DNA of 53,423 nt from assembly GCA_031268515.1 (NCBI GenBank), contig JAIRXC010000011.1, positions 1-53,423 of the forward strand, written 5' to 3'. This DNA comes from Propionibacteriaceae bacterium (GTDB lineage: Bacteria > Actinomycetota > Actinomycetes > Propionibacteriales > Propionibacteriaceae). The first letter of the stretch is position 1. Every line of letters begins with the position of its first letter. The translations under genes and the position numbers were made by a program. This document shows positions 48,936-53,423 of this stretch, one piece after another. The notes beneath the pieces are model-generated. The model worked only from the letters and a program-made list of their open reading frames with translations. It had not been told where the DNA came from and did not search any database.

Positions 48936-49068
48936 GGGCTTGTGTCCTTATCTGGAGCGGACTGTCATGTGCGGCCCCGGAGCGCCGGGGCGAGGTAAAC
49001 CGGTCGAGGCGCCGCAGCCATTGCGACGCGTGGTGCTGGGCCGGCTCGAAGCCGGAATGTCAGCTTTG

Positions 49069-49084
49069 ATGTTAGCGATCACAT
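49069..49084. promoter_or_regulatory. LacI/AraR-type operator ATGTTAGCGATCACAT
   Basis: Second copy of the operator, 134 nt upstream of the ytfQ-like gene, within a leader paralogous to 43726-43909. Confidence 0.65.
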
Positions 49085-49360
49085 ACGAGGCCCGGCAAGG
49101 GGTTTCAGGCGGACGCTGGATAACGATTCGGTCACGGTTGTCCGACTGCTTCGCCGGCTGCGACAGCCATCCCCTTCTCCGGGGCGCCAGGCGAGTGTCG
49201 ATGATCCGCTTGGCGTAGTTTCGACTTTCCCCGAAGAGTCGAAGAAAACCAGGTCCAGTCGGACGCTGCTTCAAAAAGAGCCAGCCCTTTCCCTGGAAGT
49301 CAAAGCCGGCAAGGATCAGGGCAGCCCGATGACCCTGCGAGCCAGCCCTTTCCCTTGAGG

Positions 49361-50383
49361 TCAGAGGTCGGCGGGACCGGCGGCCGAGGCCCGTACGACC
49401 AACTCCGCCGGAACGAGAGCCGAAGCCGGCTGGCGGCCCTCGATCAAGTCGATGAGAAGGCCCAAGCCGGCCCGGCCCAAAGCGTCATGGTCCTGGCGGA
49501 TAGTCGTCAGGGGCGGGATGGCGCAGTCGGAGGTGTCGATGTCGTCGAAGCCGACGACGGAGACACGCCCCGGCACGGCCACGCCGGCGTCGTGGAAACC
49601 GCGCAGCAAGCCGATGGCCATATGGTCATTGCCGGCGAAAACCGCCGTCGGCAAGTCGGGTCCGACAAGCAGTTCCAAGGCCGCCTGATAGCCGGATTGG
49701 GAGCTCCAGTCGCCCTGGACGAGCGGCCCGGGCGGCAACCCGGCTCGCTCCAGGCAAGCCCGCCACTCGGTCAGCCGGGCTCGGGCGTGGAGGTCGTTGG
49801 GCGGCCCGGCGACGTGGGCGATGCGGCGGTGGCCCAAGCCGAGCAGAAGCGTCATGGCCTGACGGGCTCCGCCCCTCTGGTCAAGGTCGACGACCAGGTT
49901 GCCGGCCGGGGCGTCGCCCGAGGTGATGAGCAGGAGAGGGCAGTCGCCGGCCGCCTCGACCGCGCCGCGCAAAGACTCGTCCGTCTGGGCGATGGCGACG
50001 ACGCCATCGACGCCCTGGTCGATGAAGTGCGAGATGGCCCGGCCGGCCTCGGCTGAACTGTGCTCGCGCAGACCAGCCACGGAGACCCAATAGCCGCGCT
50101 GGCGGGCAGCCCGCTCCAAACCAAGCAGAGCGCCGGCCGGACCAGACAGATAAAGGTTCGAGACGACCACCCCGACGATGAGAGAACTGCGCGTCACCAA
50201 AGCCCGGGCCGCCAGGTTGCGGCGATAGCCCAAATGTTCGATCTCAGCCTGGACCCGCTGTCGGGTGGCGGCGCTGACCGACGGGTGGCCGTTGAGGACA
50301 CGGGAAACGGTTTGGTGGGAGACGCCAGCGGCGGCGGCCACATCCGCCATAGTCGGCGCCGCCGGACGCCGTCCCGAAGTCAT
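49361..50383 (-). CDS. LacI-family transcriptional repressor (AraR-like)
   Basis: N-terminal HTH MADVAAAAGVSHQTVSRVLNG followed by a sugar-binding core. GGAGG RBS before the ATG at 50383. Confidence 0.9.
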   Translation of the reverse strand: MTSGRRPAAPTMADVAAAAGVSHQTVSRVLNGHPSVSAATRQRVQAEIEHLGYRRNLAARALVTRSSLIVGVVVSNLYLSGPAGALLGLERAARQRGYWVSVAGLREHSSAEAGRAISHFIDQGVDGVVAIAQTDESLRGAVEAAGDCPLLLITSGDAPAGNLVVDLDQRGGARQAMTLLLGLGHRRIAHVAGPPNDLHARARLTEWRACLERAGLPPGPLVQGDWSSQSGYQAALELLVGPDLPTAVFAGNDHMAIGLLRGFHDAGVAVPGRVSVVGFDDIDTSDCAIPPLTTIRQDHDALGRAGLGLLIDLIEGRQPASALVPAELVVRASAAGPADL

Positions 50384-50569
50384 TCCCGTCACCTCCATGT
50401 GAACGTTCACCTCAGCATACTGAAGCGAGGCCCGGCGGCGGCCGCTGATCAAATTCGACGCCGGCGAACGTAGGAGGCGAAGACGCCGCCGGCGGGGAGG
50501 TTCAGCTGCAGGCCGGTTTTACCGGCTGCCGCGTTAGGGCCGGTTTCTTATCGGTTGCCCTGTGGGCTG

Positions 50570-51232
50570 TCACATTCCGAAGGTTTGCAGGATGCCTGCG
50601 ACTGCCGCGACGGTGGCGGGCTGCATTCTGGCGGTGTCGACTGGTCCGGGGGCGGCCAGGGCGATGTCCCAGGGCAGGGGGATGACTGCGGTCCCAGGAG
50701 CCGCTTGGGCCAGCCGGGCGGCCACTGGTCCGGGCGGGCGCCGGCGGCTGGTGGAGTTGATGACGATGACGCCGCCGCGGGGCGGCTGCCCGGCGTGGGC
50801 GTCCGCGTCATTGCCGTTCGGTGCGCCCGTCAGCGTTTGCAAGACGAACCAAGCCGTATCGGCGCTGTCGGGGTCGGTGGAGGCGACGATGACGGGGCAC
50901 ACGCCGGGGCTGGCCAAGAACGCTGTCGCGGCGGCGGCGTGCGGGCCGAGGTCGTGGACGGTGTGAAGAGCGGCGGGAGAGGCGGTGGCGACGCGGGCCA
51001 GGAGTGTTCCGCCGGAGTGGTCGGCGATTCTGGGCGGCAAGCCGGTCCTGGCAGCCAAAGCGGCGGCGATCAGCGCGGCCAAAGCGGTGGTGCCGCAGCC
51101 GCCGGCTGTCCCGGCCACAACGAAACGGGCTTGTCCCCTGGGCAAGTCGCCTGGCCCCGCCGCAGCCGCCGGCGAAACCAGTTCTGAAAAGTTTTCCAAA
51201 GGCCTTTCCAAAGCCTTTTCGGGGACGGTCAT
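50570..51232 (-). CDS. MinD/ParA-fold-like protein with a lysine-less P-loop, encoded downstream of eccC
   Basis: RFVVAGTAGGCGTTALA resembles the deviant Walker A xKGGxGKTT but lacks both lysines. ATGA overlap with the upstream small gene. Confidence 0.5.
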   Translation of the reverse strand: MTVPEKALERPLENFSELVSPAAAAGPGDLPRGQARFVVAGTAGGCGTTALAALIAAALAARTGLPPRIADHSGGTLLARVATASPAALHTVHDLGPHAAAATAFLASPGVCPVIVASTDPDSADTAWFVLQTLTGAPNGNDADAHAGQPPRGGVIVINSTSRRRPPGPVAARLAQAAPGTAVIPLPWDIALAAPGPVDTARMQPATVAAVAGILQTFGM

Positions 51233-51576
51233 GCTGGCGTCGCCGAGCGGGCTTCGCCGTCGAAGCGGGCGGCCAACGCTTGGGCGATTTGGACGCCCCG
51301 CTCGCCGTCGGCGCCCCAGGGCGCCCAGGCCTCAGTCCACCAGACGGGCGTGGCGGCAAGGGCGGAGTCGGGCGCGAGCCTGGCTGTCTCGTGCGAGGCG
51401 CGGACTGACAAGGGCGGGGCGATGGACAGCACTGGCTGTTCGCCCACGCAGAGTTGGGTGACGGCCTGCCCGGCGATGGTGCGCACGCCCAAGTCCGGAT
51501 CGACGCTCAGCGCGGCGGCTGTCAGGCCGGGCAGATCAGGTTGGCGGCGGGTGATGATGAGGATGTCACGGGGCAC
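51229..51576 (-). CDS. Hypothetical small protein downstream of eccC
   Basis: The ORF overlaps the eccC stop and the next gene's start. The start (GTG 51576 or TTG 51606) is uncertain. No recognisable motif. Confidence 0.45.
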   Translation of the reverse strand: MPRDILIITRRQPDLPGLTAAALSVDPDLGVRTIAGQAVTQLCVGEQPVLSIAPPLSVRASHETARLAPDSALAATPVWWTEAWAPWGADGERGVQIAQALAARFDGEARSATPA

Positions 51577-53423
51577 TGTTCTGCTCCTGCAGTTGGAAAT
51601 TGGCAACCTGGACGATACGGGCTCTAGCCCCCCGGCGGACGAACTTGCCGCGGCCGGACGGGAACTGCTCGGCGTAGATTTTCGGGAAAATCACTCCCTC
51701 GGCGCGTTCCCCGTTCATGACCAATCCCGAGCCGCCGGTGTCGCGGATCGCTTGGACAGCCGGGTCGAGCATCCCCCGCGCGGCGCCCGCGACCGGCCGG
51801 GACAAGATCACCGACAACCGCAGATCACGGGCGGAGGGCAAATAAGCCAGCAACGGGGCGAGCGGCTGCGTGCCGCCGGCGGCGATGATGTCATAGTCAT
51901 CGACCAAGACGACGACTCTCGGGAAGTCGGCTCCGGCGGTTCGCTTGCCGAGTTCGTTGGCAATTGCGGCAGCCAGGGCTTGGGCGTCTTTCGCCCCTAC
52001 AGCCTGGCCGCCTAGGTAGTCGTCCTCGATACCAGCCGCCAAAGTGTTGCGCGGATCAATGACAGCGAACACCAGCTCGTCGGGGGTGAAACGTTTGACA
52101 AACCCCTGGACGAGGCCCCGTAGCAATGTTGTTTTGCCACAGCGCGTGTCGCCGAAGACCAGCAGATGTTGGTCTTCAATCGGGTCAAAACAGGCGGCTT
52201 CAAAGGTGTCTTGCCGAAGGCCGAACGGTATCTGGTCTGGCTGGTCGAACTCGTCTGGCAGGTCGGTCGGGGCCAGCACGTCGGGCAGCAGTCTGATGGG
52301 CGCGGCTGACGGCCCGGACCAGGACTGGGCGACCCGCTGGGCGAGGGCGGCCAGTTCCTCCCCGATGCTGTCGTCTTCGCCTTCGTCGAGCACCGGCAAG
52401 GCGATCTGCCCGTACAGCCGCTCCGGCGTCAGCGCCCGTCCCGGCCCAGCCGCTTTGAGGGCTTGGGAAGCGGCCCGTTGGATGGCGGACTCGGCCGGGT
52501 CGTTCAACCGCAGTTCGAAATGCTGCCCGATCAACGGCTGGACGGCGGCCCGCAACTCGTTCCACCGGGTCAAGGCGGCGATGATGTGGAGGCCGAACGT
52601 GCCGCCGCGGCGCAGCAGTTCTGTGAATGGCGCGTCAAGCTGGTCGAACTCGTTGCGCAACGGTTCGACGCCGTCGACCAAGATGACCACATCTGGGGCG
52701 ACTAACTCGGGGATGGCGCCACGGGCGCAGGCTGCCCGCAACGCGGCCACCGAGTCGATGTGGTAGTCGCGGAAGATCGCTTCGCGCTGGTCGACCATCG
52801 TGTGCAATTCCTCGAACAACCGCGTCAGGCGGGCTTGGTCGGAGCGGGTCGCGACGCCGCCGACGTGGGGGAACGCCTCAATCCGGTCCAGACCGCCGCC
52901 GGTCAAGTCGATGCCGTAGACCGACACTTGTTTCGGGGTGTGGGTGAGCGCCAGACCAGCGGCCACCGTCCGCAAGAACGTGGACCGGCCGGTTTGCGGC
53001 GCGCCCACCAACGCGACGTGTCCGCCACGGGCGGCCAGGTCGAGCAGCCACGGGCTTTGGCGTTGGTTGGCGGGATCGTCCAGCAGGCCAACCGGGATCA
53101 CCAGGCCGGTCTTGGCTTGGGCGACCACATCGTCGTTCAACACGGCGCCCAAGGTGACCTTGGGAGGCAAAGGCTCCAACCACACCGGCGCCACGCCCCG
53201 GTCGGCCGCCAACCGGGCGACCGCCTCGTCCACCAGCAGATGGCCCACGTCTGGCGGGGTGAGTTGCTCTTCAGCCAGCACCGTCTCAGCTTGTTCAGGG
53301 GCGTCGAACAACGGCACAACCCGCACCAGGTCGTCTACGGCCAACTCCTGGTCGTCTTGGTCGTCTTGTCCGACGGCGTCGACGGGACCGGAGACGTAGC
53401 CGGCTTTGAACCTCGTATAAATG
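51566..53423 (-). CDS. eccC: Type VII secretion ATPase EccC (FtsK/SpoIIIE family), C-terminal part; continues beyond the window
   Basis: Two FtsK-type P-loop modules (GAPQTGRST, GDTRCGKTT). The frame stays open to the window edge, reading IYTRFKAGYVSGP. Confidence 0.88.
   Translation of the reverse strand, partial: IYTRFKAGYVSGPVDAVGQDDQDDQELAVDDLVRVVPLFDAPEQAETVLAEEQLTPPDVGHLLVDEAVARLAADRGVAPVWLEPLPPKVTLGAVLNDDVVAQAKTGLVIPVGLLDDPANQRQSPWLLDLAARGGHVALVGAPQTGRSTFLRTVAAGLALTHTPKQVSVYGIDLTGGGLDRIEAFPHVGGVATRSDQARLTRLFEELHTMVDQREAIFRDYHIDSVAALRAACARGAIPELVAPDVVILVDGVEPLRNEFDQLDAPFTELLRRGGTFGLHIIAALTRWNELRAAVQPLIGQHFELRLNDPAESAIQRAASQALKAAGPGRALTPERLYGQIALPVLDEGEDDSIGEELAALAQRVAQSWSGPSAAPIRLLPDVLAPTDLPDEFDQPDQIPFGLRQDTFEAACFDPIEDQHLLVFGDTRCGKTTLLRGLVQGFVKRFTPDELVFAVIDPRNTLAAGIEDDYLGGQAVGAKDAQALAAAIANELGKRTAGADFPRVVVLVDDYDIIAAGGTQPLAPLLAYLPSARDLRLSVILSRPVAGAARGMLDPAVQAIRDTGGSGLVMNGERAEGVIFPKIYAEQFPSGRGKFVRRGARARIVQVANFQLQEQNSAP

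Noticed and set aside
50508-50529. Hairpin GCAGGCCGGT-TTT-ACCGGCTGC as the terminator of the T7SS operon
   Set aside because: The stem is imperfect and no T-tract follows on the minus strand. It could be a terminator but is not supported well enough to list as a feature.

Overview
High-GC chromosomal segment, probably Actinomycetota; most genes lie on the minus strand. Content in order: tRNA-Gly(CCC) followed by an AbiEi/AbiEii abortive-infection toxin-antitoxin (TA) module whose toxin is frameshifted; a lipoprotein; clpB with an HspR operator (HAIR); an HTH/PIN TA-like pair; a polytopic membrane protein; an LPXTG-anchored leucine-rich-repeat (LRR) surface protein; two divergently transcribed paralogous Aer-type PAS proteins; a 3-unit repeat array with a 61-bp period; a MacB-like ABC exporter set (peptidoglycan-binding adaptor, ATPase, FtsX-type permease) plus a lipoprotein; the dnaK-grpE-dnaJ-hspR operon with two HAIR operators; an L,D-transpeptidase. 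Three sugar ABC systems follow: two ChvE/GguAB-type, one fused into an operon with araBDA, and one YtfQRT-YjfF-type, with a LacI/AraR-like repressor and matching operators. The window ends at the edge of a type VII secretion locus (partial eccC). Between the two ChvE-type loci sits a lower-GC island of about 5 kb. It carries a translationally coupled three-gene operon (TIGR04255-like protein, HTH protein, unassigned 299-aa protein), a VapBC pair, and a DUF4143-type AAA ATPase preceded by 23-bp tandem repeats. I rank the three-gene operon as the best candidate for an undescribed defence or TA-like system. The PAS pair and the two non-coding repeat arrays are secondary candidates. All calls come from reading the ORF translations and the DNA by eye; no database search was run.
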